Shown in pieces: positions 47,848-57,017 of a stretch of DNA of 64,000 nucleotides. How positions within the stretch are numbered: the stretch's first letter is position 1; every line of letters begins with the position of its first letter. This DNA is from Candidatus Nanopelagicales bacterium. Its GTDB lineage: Bacteria > Actinomycetota > Actinomycetes > S36-B12. Position numbers and translations under genes: made by a program. The notes under the pieces are model-generated. The model was given only the letters and a program-made list of their open reading frames with translations. It ran no database searches and was not told the DNA's origin. The stretch spans positions 25,342-89,341 of the forward strand of contig JAFMHB010000006.1 of the NCBI GenBank assembly GCA_017854795.1, read 5' to 3'.

Positions 47848-48530
47848 AGTGATACCTCTCGATTTTCCCGCGGTTTGCGAGTTTGTTGTTTTATCTGCGC
47901 TACATGTCCAAATGCCTGATTAGGAATCAATGTTGTACAAATGCGATCCCCTTGAGCCAATGTCGCTAGGCGCGTGACGTGTTGACCCAGCGCCGCACTG
48001 AATGCGTTAGTTTCCTCTTCGCACAACTCGGGGAATTCACTTGCTGCCGCTACAACGGGGCAATGGTGCTGACACAGTTGAGTTGAATGTGTGTTGCCCG
48101 AGGCTGGCTCCACGGTTGCGGCGTAACCCTTGCTGTTGAGTACCTCGACTATTGACTCGATATCTCCGCCAGCGGTTATACGAGCGGCACGGTCCGCGGC
48201 AAAAGCCCTGACTGCGTCTCTACCAAAAGATCGATCAATGAAGCGCAAACTTTCTAAGGCCAAATCGTCATAGCTCTGGTCACAGGCACTACGTCCCAGG
48301 GGTGTTAACGAGTACGTCCCACTTGGTCTGCCCCGCCCACGTGTGGGCGTTGGGCCAAATGGAGTGCGCTCATGTGATTCGACAAAACCCACCTCAAGAA
48401 GTGCACTGAGTGAACGACGGGTCGCTTGAACTGAGGTTCCTAGGGTATGTGATAAATCGACCGCCGTGGCCGCCCCGACCTCTAACAGGACGCGAGCTAC
48501 CCGCTCAGCAGCACCTCCGGGGAATTTCAC
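47844..48530 (-). CDS. sufR: SufR, ArsR-type [4Fe-4S] transcriptional repressor of the suf operon
   Basis: wHTH plus C-x3-C-x12-C ([18 protein letters not shown]). I set the start to in-frame GTG 48530. The longer TTG 48623 and ATG 48599 starts would cover the palindromic operator and the divergent gene's -10 and start. Confidence 0.75.
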   Translation of the reverse strand: MKFPGGAAERVARVLLEVGAATAVDLSHTLGTSVQATRRSLSALLEVGFVESHERTPFGPTPTRGRGRPSGTYSLTPLGRSACDQSYDDLALESLRFIDRSFGRDAVRAFAADRAARITAGGDIESIVEVLNSKGYAATVEPASGNTHSTQLCQHHCPVVAAASEFPELCEEETNAFSAALGQHVTRLATLAQGDRICTTLIPNQAFGHVAQIKQQTRKPRENREVSL

Positions 48531-48554
48531 AACACTATTGTTGCCTAATTCCCC
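48519..48554. promoter_or_regulatory. 36-bp near-perfect palindrome with CAAC-N6-GTTG core: candidate SufR operator
   Basis: Plus strand reads GGGGAATTTCACAACACTATTGTTGCCTAATTCCCC. 14 of 18 mirrored positions pair. The core CAAC-ACTATT-GTTG lies at 48530-48543. Confidence 0.65.
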
Positions 48555-48589
48555 AACTATGCAACCGGTGGGGGTGCGTAACTGAACCC

Positions 48590-48595
48590 TAGACT
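48590..48595 (+). promoter_or_regulatory. -10-like TAGACT, 7 nt before ATG 48603 (ABC ATPase)
   Basis: TAGACT-gcatccc-ATG. Confidence 0.5.
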
Positions 48596-48602
48596 GCATC
48601 CC

Positions 48603-49562
48603 ATGGTCCGCAATCAGGCTCAATCAGAGCTGTCCACGTGGGCAATAGCCTGCCAAAACTTGAGCGTCACCTACCCCGGCGGTGGTGGAATTTCCGATGT
48701 GAATATTAATTTCGGGCCCGGTGTTACCGCAATTGTGGGAAATAATGGTGCAGGAAAAACCACGCTATTGGAAACAATTGCCGGCCTTCGGACACCAAAT
48801 TCGGGACACGTCTGGCTATTTGGGCGCAGCCCTAGCCAGTGGCGATCAGAGGGCGTAAATCAAATTGGGGTAGCTCTACAAGATGGACGCCCCTACCCCA
48901 GCGCAAAACCAGTGGCATTACTCAACTACCTGAATGACCTTTATTCGGACACCAACAGCTCAGCTGGTCGACCCACTGTTGGCTTTCTGACCGAAGCTTT
49001 TGCTCTTACAACGAAAACTCTCATTAAAAATCTTTCGGGTGGAGAGTTACAAAGGCTCAAGTGCGCTGCAGCGCTCATAGCCGGTACCCCGATTTTGATT
49101 CTCGATGAACCCACGGCGGGTTTGGATCCCCAAGGCCGGCGTGACCTCTACAACCTGTTGGCCCAAGTCGTTCCGCAGCAAAGCACCCTACTCGTATCAA
49201 CCCATATTCTCGAGGATCTGGAAACCATGAACGGGAGGGTAATTGCCCTAAAAGCTGGTCAGGTGGGCTTCGACTCACGCGCGAGCACAACCACTTCTGC
49301 GTATTCCATGACCTTTTCCAGCCGGGCAAATATCGAGCTCACCGGTCTACGCAATGCGCTCGCTGAAGATGTCGTCATCTCAGAAAAGATGAACGGGAGC
49401 TACTCAATCACCAGCAATGCGCCAATAGATGCGGCATTCATCACGTCCGTCATGAATTTTTGTGCGCAGATTGGTGCTGAAGTCACACAGGTAAATGTTC
49501 GCGAACGCGGTGGAGTCCTCGCAGAGATCGAAGACTTGCTCCTCGAAAAAGGTACCCAATGA
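48603..49562 (+). CDS. ABC transporter ATP-binding protein
   Basis: Walker A GNNGAGKTT, signature LSGGELQR and Walker B LILDEPTAGLD. Confidence 0.85.
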   Translation: MVRNQAQSELSTWAIACQNLSVTYPGGGGISDVNINFGPGVTAIVGNNGAGKTTLLETIAGLRTPNSGHVWLFGRSPSQWRSEGVNQIGVALQDGRPYPSAKPVALLNYLNDLYSDTNSSAGRPTVGFLTEAFALTTKTLIKNLSGGELQRLKCAAALIAGTPILILDEPTAGLDPQGRRDLYNLLAQVVPQQSTLLVSTHILEDLETMNGRVIALKAGQVGFDSRASTTTSAYSMTFSSRANIELTGLRNALAEDVVISEKMNGSYSITSNAPIDAAFITSVMNFCAQIGAEVTQVNVRERGGVLAEIEDLLLEKGTQ

Positions 49563-50290
49563 TTTCATCTCGTCGCCTGATCATTCAAACGAAATGGGAG
49601 TTCTTACTGAATTCACGCAATTCCGAGCAGATTTTATTGCTGGTACTCATCCCCATTGTGATTCTTGTCGTATTAACAAAGACAACGATTATTGGTGGGG
49701 AAACGACAGAACTTCCATCAGCACTCGCGACGGTGCTTACAATTTCGACCTTTGCTGCAGGCTTAACGTCCTTGGCAATCGCAACAGCATTCGAGCGTCG
49801 CAGTGAGACGTTGGTCTTTTTAGGAACAACTTCACTGACACGTGTCGAAGTAGTCCTCGCCAAGAGCCTGGGAAGTCTTCTGCTGGCAATATTCGCTGGC
49901 CTGTTCACATTTACGGCGGCAATTATTCTCGGATGGACTCCGACACCCTTCACTATTCTCATTCCACTCTGGATGGTGCTCGGGGTTTTTAGTGTGAGCG
50001 GTTTCGCGTACCTGCTCGCAGGAACTTTGCGAGCAGAAGCCGTGCTGGCGATTGCCAATGGCATTTTCGTGCTAGTTCTCATGTTTGGTGGTGTCATTTT
50101 CACCTTCGGAACGAGTATTACGAACGTATTAGAGTTTTTCCCTCCGTTGGCCCTCAAGAACCTCGTCCAGTTTTCGGTCACCGATGGGAATGAGGTCACC
50201 GGCGTACATGTGATTAAAGCCATGTCCATCCTCGTGGTGTGGGGCGTAATCGGACACATGTTGGCTTCTCGATTTTTCAAGTGGCGATAA
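49559..50290 (+). CDS. ABC-2 type transporter permease
   Basis: 243-aa ORF with six predicted TM segments and a 4-nt overlap with the ATPase gene. Confidence 0.8.
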   Translation: MISSRRLIIQTKWEFLLNSRNSEQILLLVLIPIVILVVLTKTTIIGGETTELPSALATVLTISTFAAGLTSLAIATAFERRSETLVFLGTTSLTRVEVVLAKSLGSLLLAIFAGLFTFTAAIILGWTPTPFTILIPLWMVLGVFSVSGFAYLLAGTLRAEAVLAIANGIFVLVLMFGGVIFTFGTSITNVLEFFPPLALKNLVQFSVTDGNEVTGVHVIKAMSILVVWGVIGHMLASRFFKWR

Positions 50291-50308
50291 TCAAATTAAG
50301 GTGATGCC

Positions 50309-51265
50309 ATGACGACCGTGAATCAGTCACTTTTCCCTCGCTGGATTCGCGGGATCTTTATAGCCAACCTGGTCGCACAGTCGGGAATTATTGTGACGGG
50401 TGCGGTTGTGCGCCTCACCGGATCAGGTCTCGGCTGCCCAACATGGCCTCAGTGTGTCGAAGGCTCCTACACGCCAACCATTCGACAAGAGGAAGGCATC
50501 CATAAGTTCATTGAATTCGGGAATCGACTTCTTACGTTTGTCCTCGTAATTATTGCTATTGCGGTTCTCGTTGCCGTCTTTGCTAACGCTATTTCACGTA
50601 AGCGAGCGGGCTTACCGCAGCGCCGGCCCATCATTATTTTGGCAGTCATCCCCTTTATTGGTACGGCCGCCCAAGCTGTTCTTGGCGGTATCACAGTACT
50701 TACGGGCCTTAATCCCCTCATAGTTTCGGCGCATTTCTTTGTCTCGATGGCACTTGTCGCGGCCGCCGTGGCCCTTGTTGCTCGTTCAGGTGACCCTGGC
50801 GACCAACCAGTTCGTTACCTTGCCCCTAAACCGATCCGATTCCTCACGTGGTTACTCGTGGGTGTTGCCGCGATCGTCGTAGTCCTCGGAGTGATCACAA
50901 CGGGTAGCGGGCCGCATAGCGGTGACGCCGAGGTTGAATCGAGATTTTCCTTTGATCCACAAACCGTCTCGTGGATGCACGCCGATTCCGTGTTTCTCTT
51001 CATAGGGTTGCTCATCGGCTTGGTCGTCACGCTGATGCTTTTCCCAAGTACCGGATCCATGCGGAAGAGAACAATTCTCTTGGTGGCAATCACGCTCACT
51101 CAAGGCACCATCGGTTATATCCAATACTTCAACGGGTTACCAAGTTTGCTCGTTGCCTTGCACGTTCTCGGTGCTGTGATTACTTGGATAGCCGTTCTCT
51201 TCATTCCGTTCTCAATGCGCACGCGCGGTGAAATAGCACCGAACCACGTGCCCTCATCTAATTGA
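50309..51265 (+). CDS. ctaA: heme A synthase (COX15/CtaA)
   Basis: Eight-TM protein with the GSGLGCPTWPQC Cys pair. Confidence 0.85.
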   Translation: MTTVNQSLFPRWIRGIFIANLVAQSGIIVTGAVVRLTGSGLGCPTWPQCVEGSYTPTIRQEEGIHKFIEFGNRLLTFVLVIIAIAVLVAVFANAISRKRAGLPQRRPIIILAVIPFIGTAAQAVLGGITVLTGLNPLIVSAHFFVSMALVAAAVALVARSGDPGDQPVRYLAPKPIRFLTWLLVGVAAIVVVLGVITTGSGPHSGDAEVESRFSFDPQTVSWMHADSVFLFIGLLIGLVVTLMLFPSTGSMRKRTILLVAITLTQGTIGYIQYFNGLPSLLVALHVLGAVITWIAVLFIPFSMRTRGEIAPNHVPSSN

Positions 51266-51280
51266 ACATCGGTCAGCTGC

Positions 51281-52207
51281 CTACGGAAGAAAAGGCGTGA
51301 CACCGATTAACAAGAAAAGTAGCGCCAAGTAAGTAATCGATCCGTGGAAAACTTTCATTGCAGGTTTCTGCAATTCATCGTAGTCGGCGTTTTCCCGGTG
51401 TGATCGTTTTACGAGCCCGAATGAAATTATGACAAACCAGATCCCCAGAATCAATGCACCAATGCCGTACACCCAACCCATCGGTGCAACTGGAATGAGA
51501 GCCAAAGAGGCGCCCACCATCACTACCGCGTAGACAACAATGTTTCGAGTTACAACCCGAGTTGGGGCGACAACGGGGAGCATCGGAACGCCAACGGCAG
51601 CATAATCGTCACGATATTTAATCGCCAGGGGCCAGTAATGCGCCGGTGTCCAGAAAAAGACAATCAAAAACAGAATCACCGGCGTCCAACTCAGCGACCC
51701 CGTGACCGCGGCCCAAGCAATGAGTACCGGCATGCAGCCCGCTGCTCCACCCCAAACAATATTTTGAGGTGTTGATCGCTTTAGGAGAATCGTGTAACCC
51801 AGGGCATACATGACAATTGCAAGGAAGCCTAGAAATGCGGCCAGCCAATTAGTTAATAGTCCCAGAGTCAGAACACTGACGATTCCCAAAACTGTTGCTT
51901 GAATGAGTCCCGCGCGAACACTTATCACCCCAGAAGCCAATGGGCGGCTTCCTGTCCGATGCATGACTGCATCGATATCTCGATCATAAATACTGTTATA
52001 GGTATTTGCGCTGGCAGCCGCAGCCGAACCGCCAATCACAACGGCAATAGTCTCGATCACGGTTGGGAGCCCGTTGGCTGCCAGAAATAGCGTTGGGACA
52101 GCCGTAGCCAAAAGCAATTCAACAATTCGAGGCTTGGTCACCCAAAAATAGGGTGCGAGGCGTTCGCGTAATCCCTGTTCGCCCACGTGCCTAACATAGT
52201 CAATCAA
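51281..52207 (-). CDS. ctaB: protoheme IX farnesyltransferase (heme O synthase)
   Basis: UbiA-family protein with VTKPRIVELLL and YNSIYDRDIDAVMHRT motifs. Alternative start GTG 52186 is preceded by TATGTT plus 6 nt. Confidence 0.9.
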   Translation of the reverse strand: MIDYVRHVGEQGLRERLAPYFWVTKPRIVELLLATAVPTLFLAANGLPTVIETIAVVIGGSAAAASANTYNSIYDRDIDAVMHRTGSRPLASGVISVRAGLIQATVLGIVSVLTLGLLTNWLAAFLGFLAIVMYALGYTILLKRSTPQNIVWGGAAGCMPVLIAWAAVTGSLSWTPVILFLIVFFWTPAHYWPLAIKYRDDYAAVGVPMLPVVAPTRVVTRNIVVYAVVMVGASLALIPVAPMGWVYGIGALILGIWFVIISFGLVKRSHRENADYDELQKPAMKVFHGSITYLALLFLLIGVTPFLP

Positions 52208-52287
52208 CCGCTAACGGGCCCTTTGTGGTCACTTCTCGGACAGCAACACACTTCACATCGGCCTCAAAGGATGCATACATTCACCAA

Positions 52288-52293
52288 TAGACT
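52288..52293 (+). promoter_or_regulatory. -10-like TAGACT, 6 nt before tkt ATG 52300
   Basis: TAGACT-tgaggc-ATG. No SD. Confidence 0.5.
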
Positions 52294-52299
52294 TGAGGC

Positions 52300-54369
52300 A
52301 TGACTTCTGTGCCCATGAAACCAACCAAACTAGACCCACAACTTGAGTGGAGTGCAGACGATCAAAAATCTGTAGATCTACTCCGCGCTTTGGCTGCTGA
52401 CGCCGTACAAAAGGTCGGAAATGGTCACCCTGGAACAGCCATGAGTCTGGCTCCTGCCGCCTATCTCCTGTTTAACAAGATCATGACCCACGACCCCAAA
52501 GACCCCGCATGGCTGGGTCGCGATCGTTTTATTCTCTCGGCCGGCCATTCAAGCTTGACGCTGTACTCGCAACTGTTTCTGTGCGGCTATGGATTAACCA
52601 TGGAAGACATGAAGTCATTCCGCACTAAAGGAAGTTTGACTCCGGGTCACCCTGAGTTTGGTCACACCGTGGGTGTTGAAACTACAACGGGTCCACTCGG
52701 TCAAGGTATTGCCACCGCGGTCGGCATGGCCATGTCAGAACGCTTCGAAGCTGGTCTGTTCCCCGGCGCACCGTTCGCACATCGGGTGTGGGTCATCGCT
52801 TCAGATGGTGACCTACAAGAGGGTGTCTCAGGGGAGGCGAGCTCCCTTGCCGGAACTCAAAGATTGGGTCATCTCAATGTGATCTGGGACGATAACCGGA
52901 TTTCCATCGAAGGTAATACCGAAGTAGCTTTCACCGAGAACGTTTCCGAACGTTATCGAGCATACGGTTGGGATGTCCACGAAGTTGACATGCTCGCAGA
53001 CGGTGATGTGGATATTCAGGCGCTGCACGCCGCGATGGTCGCGTCAGCAAATAATACGGAAGTGCCCAGTTTTATCCGGATGCGAACCACGATTGCCTGG
53101 CCAGCTCCCAACGCCCGAGGTACGGCAAAATCACATGGATCAGCACTGGGTGCAGAAGAAGTAGCGGCAATCAAAGGTGAACTGGGGCTCAATCCTGACG
53201 AAAGTTTTGCTTTTGATTCTGAGCTATTAACTCGTATTCGCTCGACCCTCAACCAGCGAATCGTAGAGGCCCGAAAAATCTGGGATTCCAATTTTTCGAC
53301 CTGGCGCAGTGATCACGCAGAGGCAGCAACACTTTTAGACCGACTACTTGCACAAGCTTTGCCCTCGGACTTTGACTCGGATATCCCGACCTACAGCGCC
53401 GGTGGCGCAACCTCAACTCGTAAAGCATCAGGTCAGGTGATCAATGCGCTCGCTGCCAAGCTACCTGAAATGTGGGGCGGTTCTGCCGACCTGGCCGAAT
53501 CGAATAACACTTGGATCGAGGGCTCACCGAGCTTTTTGCCCTATTTCACTGAAAACGCTTCACCCTTTGGGCGAAATGTTCACTTTGGTATCCGCGAGCA
53601 CGCGATGGGAGCCGCCCTTAACGGGATTGCACTCGACGGGTTAACCCGCCCATTCGGCGGAACTTTTCTCGTATTCAGCGACTACATGCGCGGTTCAGTT
53701 CGACTCGCCGCCCTCATGCAAACGGATGTCACCTACGTGTGGTCCCATGACTCAATTGGTCTGGGCGAAGATGGACCAACGCATCAGCCCGTTGAGCACC
53801 TGTGGTCCCTTCGCGCCATACCCGGATTAAGTGTCGTGAGACCAGCCGACGCTAATGAGACGGTCGCCGCGTGGGTTGAGAACATCAAACGTCGTGCCCC
53901 AGTCGGTCTCATTCTTTCGCGCCAAGATTTGCCCCACCTTGGTAACGACTATGCCGAGATTGCCTCGGGTGTTGCCAATGGTGGATACGTGCTTATGAGC
54001 GACCCAAACCCCAGAGTCCTTCTCATTGCAACTGGATCTGAAGTCAGCATTGCACTGGCAGCGAAGGAAACGTTAAACACCCAAGGCGTGGCAGTGCAAT
54101 TGGTGTCAATGCCCTGCATTGAGTGGTTTGATGCGCAGCCGCAGGCTTATCGCGATGAAGTTTTACCACCGGGTATCACTGCCCGAGTTGCGGTGGAAGC
54201 CGGCGCAACTTTTGGTTGGTATCGATTCGTTGGTACACATGGTCAGGTCGTTGGGCTTGATCATTTTGGTGCGAGCGCAAGTGCCTCAGTACTGTTCGAA
54301 GAGTTCGGCATTACGCCTACGGCTGTAGTCTCGGCAGCGATGAAGTCCTTGGCAAATTCACGACAATGA
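52300..54369 (+). CDS. tkt: transketolase
   Basis: 689-aa ORF with ThDP motifs GNGHPGTAMSLAP and GDGDLQEG. Confidence 0.95.
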   Translation: MTSVPMKPTKLDPQLEWSADDQKSVDLLRALAADAVQKVGNGHPGTAMSLAPAAYLLFNKIMTHDPKDPAWLGRDRFILSAGHSSLTLYSQLFLCGYGLTMEDMKSFRTKGSLTPGHPEFGHTVGVETTTGPLGQGIATAVGMAMSERFEAGLFPGAPFAHRVWVIASDGDLQEGVSGEASSLAGTQRLGHLNVIWDDNRISIEGNTEVAFTENVSERYRAYGWDVHEVDMLADGDVDIQALHAAMVASANNTEVPSFIRMRTTIAWPAPNARGTAKSHGSALGAEEVAAIKGELGLNPDESFAFDSELLTRIRSTLNQRIVEARKIWDSNFSTWRSDHAEAATLLDRLLAQALPSDFDSDIPTYSAGGATSTRKASGQVINALAAKLPEMWGGSADLAESNNTWIEGSPSFLPYFTENASPFGRNVHFGIREHAMGAALNGIALDGLTRPFGGTFLVFSDYMRGSVRLAALMQTDVTYVWSHDSIGLGEDGPTHQPVEHLWSLRAIPGLSVVRPADANETVAAWVENIKRRAPVGLILSRQDLPHLGNDYAEIASGVANGGYVLMSDPNPRVLLIATGSEVSIALAAKETLNTQGVAVQLVSMPCIEWFDAQPQAYRDEVLPPGITARVAVEAGATFGWYRFVGTHGQVVGLDHFGASASASVLFEEFGITPTAVVSAAMKSLANSRQ

Positions 54370-54385
54370 CAAACCGGGAGTCACG

Positions 54386-55492
54386 ATGAATGCAGTACTC
54401 GAAAACCTGACACGGGCGGGTGTGAGTATTTGGCTAGACGACCTTACCCGCACTCGAATCACAAGTGGCAACCTTAAAGACTTAATTGACACGATGAGTG
54501 TCCGTGGGGTCACCACAAATCCGTCCATTTTTGAAGGAGCCATTTCCGGAAGCGTTGATGCATACGCAACTCAGATTGCATCCCTTGCTCATGACGGAGT
54601 GAACGCTGAGCAAGCAGTGCGCCTGATGACCTCCGACGACGTGAGAAGTGCCTGCGATGTTTTCTCAGAAGTTTTCAAGGATTCCGGCGGCATCGATGGC
54701 CGTGTTTCAATTGAAGTTGATCCACGCCTGGCCAGGAATACACAGGCGACCATCAACGAGGCACAAGATCTCTGGAACCTTGTTGATCGCGAAAATCTTT
54801 TGATCAAGATCCCTGCAACGATAGAAGGTCTGCCAGCGATCACCGAGGTGATTGGTCGAGGGATAAGCGTCAACGTCACTCTCATATTTTCAGTCGAGCG
54901 TTACGTCCAGGTCATGGATGCATACTTGTCCGGACTGGAACTCGCCATTGAGCGCGGCCACATGATTTCCAATATTGAATCAGTTGCATCTTTCTTTGTC
55001 AGTCGCGTTGACTCGTTGGTTGATTCGCTACTCACGGCAAACGCCAGTGATCGCGCGATTGCACTGCTTGGCAAGACTGCAATATCAAATGCCCGGCTTG
55101 CGTGGCAGTCCTACACCGAAGTTCTCGCTAGCGATCGTTGGAAGGCATTGAATGGTGCGAATCCCCAGCGACCCCTTTGGGCTTCCACAGGTGTCAAAAA
55201 TCCAGCGTATTCGGACACGCGGTATGTCATTGACCTCGTTGCTCCCGGGTGTGTAAACACTATGCCTGAAAAGACCCTATTTACAGTGGCAGACCACGGT
55301 GTCTTCATTGGGGATACTGTTTCCGGCACCGCGAATACATCAGCGGTAATTTGGCGTGAACTCTCAGATGTAGGCATTGATCTAACTGCAGTGTGCAATG
55401 ACCTTGAAGCCGACGGGGTCGCCAAGTTTGAGCAAGCATGGATTTCCCTTCTCAACACCGTCGAGGAGGCGCTCAAGCTTGCCCGACAATAA
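54386..55492 (+). CDS. tal: transaldolase (long actinobacterial type)
   Basis: 368-aa ORF with [10 protein letters not shown]-terminus and [11 protein letters not shown]. Confidence 0.95.
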   Translation: MNAVLENLTRAGVSIWLDDLTRTRITSGNLKDLIDTMSVRGVTTNPSIFEGAISGSVDAYATQIASLAHDGVNAEQAVRLMTSDDVRSACDVFSEVFKDSGGIDGRVSIEVDPRLARNTQATINEAQDLWNLVDRENLLIKIPATIEGLPAITEVIGRGISVNVTLIFSVERYVQVMDAYLSGLELAIERGHMISNIESVASFFVSRVDSLVDSLLTANASDRAIALLGKTAISNARLAWQSYTEVLASDRWKALNGANPQRPLWASTGVKNPAYSDTRYVIDLVAPGCVNTMPEKTLFTVADHGVFIGDTVSGTANTSAVIWRELSDVGIDLTAVCNDLEADGVAKFEQAWISLLNTVEEALKLARQ

Positions 55493-57017
55493 TTACTCGA
55501 ATCCTCTGCGCGATCCGGAGGATCAGCGTCTCCCCCGGATCGCCGGACCATGTGCCCTGATCCTTTTCGGTGTGACCGGTGATTTGAGTCGTAAAAAAGT
55601 GATGCCGGCAATTTACGATCTTGCTAATCGTGGCCTGCTGCCCCCCGGTTTTGCCCTAGTCGGCTTTGCGCGACGCGAATGGGACACTCAAGACTTCGCC
55701 CAAGTCGTGCATGATGCGGTTAAAGAACATGCACGCACACCTTTCCGAGAGGAAACGTGGAAACAGTTGGCCGCCGGAATCAGATTTGTTGACGGAGACC
55801 TCACCGATCCCACTTCATATCAGCGGATCTCCGAAGTACTTACCGATCTGGATAAGCAAATGGGAACAAGGGGGAATCATGCCTTCTACCTGTCGATTCC
55901 CCCAGGACTATTTCCTGCAGTATTGGAAAACTTGGAAAGTTCTGGGCTCGCAAATAGCCCCTCACCAACCTCGTGGCGTCGAGTGGTCATCGAGAAACCT
56001 TTTGGCCATAATTTACAGAGCGCGCAAGAGCTCAATAAGCTCGTAGACAGTGTCTTCCCCTCCGGAAGCGTGTTTCGTATTGATCACTACCTAGGCAAAG
56101 AGACAGTTCAAAATATTTTGGCTGTTCGATTTGCGAATGCGATGTTTGAGCCATTGTGGAACAGCAACTACGTTGACAATGTTCAAATCACAATGGCTGA
56201 GGACATTGGTATTGGTGGACGTGCCGGATACTACGACGGCATCGGGGCGGCCCGTGACGTTATTCAAAACCACCTCTTACAGCTTCTTGCCCTCACTGCC
56301 ATGGAGGAACCGCTCTCCTTCAGCCCAGATGACGTAAGGGCCGAGAAAGAAAAAGCCTTGCGAGCCGTCACTGTCCCCAAAGACATTGGGGCTCATACTT
56401 CGCGTGGTCAGTACCAAGCAGGGTGGCAAGGCGGGATTCCCGTTATTGGATTTTTACAAGAAACGGGGATCGCTGCCGACTCGACAACAGATACTTTCGC
56501 AGCGATGCGCCTCAATGTTGAAAACCGCCGATGGGCCGGTGTGCCTTTTTACCTACGTACAGGTAAACGACTTGGACGCAGGGTCACCGAAGTCGCGATC
56601 GTTTTCAAACGTGCGCCGCACCTACCATTTAGTTCATCATCCATTGAAGAGCTGAGTAACAACGCACTTGTTTTTCGCATTCAACCCGATGAAGGCGTTA
56701 CCGTTCGTTTTGGTTCAAAAGTACCCGACACGAGCTCAATTCAGGTGCGTGACGTCACGATGGACTTTCAGTACGGTGATTCATTTGTTGACACCAGCCC
56801 CGAGGCCTACGAGCGACTGATTCTTGATGTCCTACTCGGTGATCCGCCACTATTTCCACGCCATGAGGAAGTTGAACTCAGTTGGAGGATCCTGGATCCG
56901 ATTCTGGATTACTGGGCAACTCACGGGGCCCCTGATCAGTATGCCTCTGGTGGCTGGGGTCCTGCTTCATCCTATGAAATGATTGCTCGCGACGGACGAA
57001 CATGGAGGCGGCCATGA
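55479..57017 (+). CDS. zwf: glucose-6-phosphate dehydrogenase
   Basis: [10 protein letters not shown] dinucleotide motif and active-site [10 protein letters not shown] chose start TTG 55479 (GGAGG at 55466-55470, 8 nt upstream). The track ATG 55398 would overlap tal by 95 nt. Confidence 0.9.
   Translation: MPDNNYSNPLRDPEDQRLPRIAGPCALILFGVTGDLSRKKVMPAIYDLANRGLLPPGFALVGFARREWDTQDFAQVVHDAVKEHARTPFREETWKQLAAGIRFVDGDLTDPTSYQRISEVLTDLDKQMGTRGNHAFYLSIPPGLFPAVLENLESSGLANSPSPTSWRRVVIEKPFGHNLQSAQELNKLVDSVFPSGSVFRIDHYLGKETVQNILAVRFANAMFEPLWNSNYVDNVQITMAEDIGIGGRAGYYDGIGAARDVIQNHLLQLLALTAMEEPLSFSPDDVRAEKEKALRAVTVPKDIGAHTSRGQYQAGWQGGIPVIGFLQETGIAADSTTDTFAAMRLNVENRRWAGVPFYLRTGKRLGRRVTEVAIVFKRAPHLPFSSSSIEELSNNALVFRIQPDEGVTVRFGSKVPDTSSIQVRDVTMDFQYGDSFVDTSPEAYERLILDVLLGDPPLFPRHEEVELSWRILDPILDYWATHGAPDQYASGGWGPASSYEMIARDGRTWRRP

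Noticed and set aside
49585-50280. Long antisense shadow ORFs in the supplied track. Examples are 231 aa opposite the ABC-2 permease, 207 aa at 33212-33835, 169 aa at 3858-4367, 163 aa at 4844-5335, 149 aa at 61778-62227 and 129 aa at 62806-63195.
   Set aside because: Each lies opposite a gene with clear family motifs. Each has Ser/Arg/Pro-rich low-complexity composition, no SD or -10 context and no recognisable domain. These are typical frame shadows.
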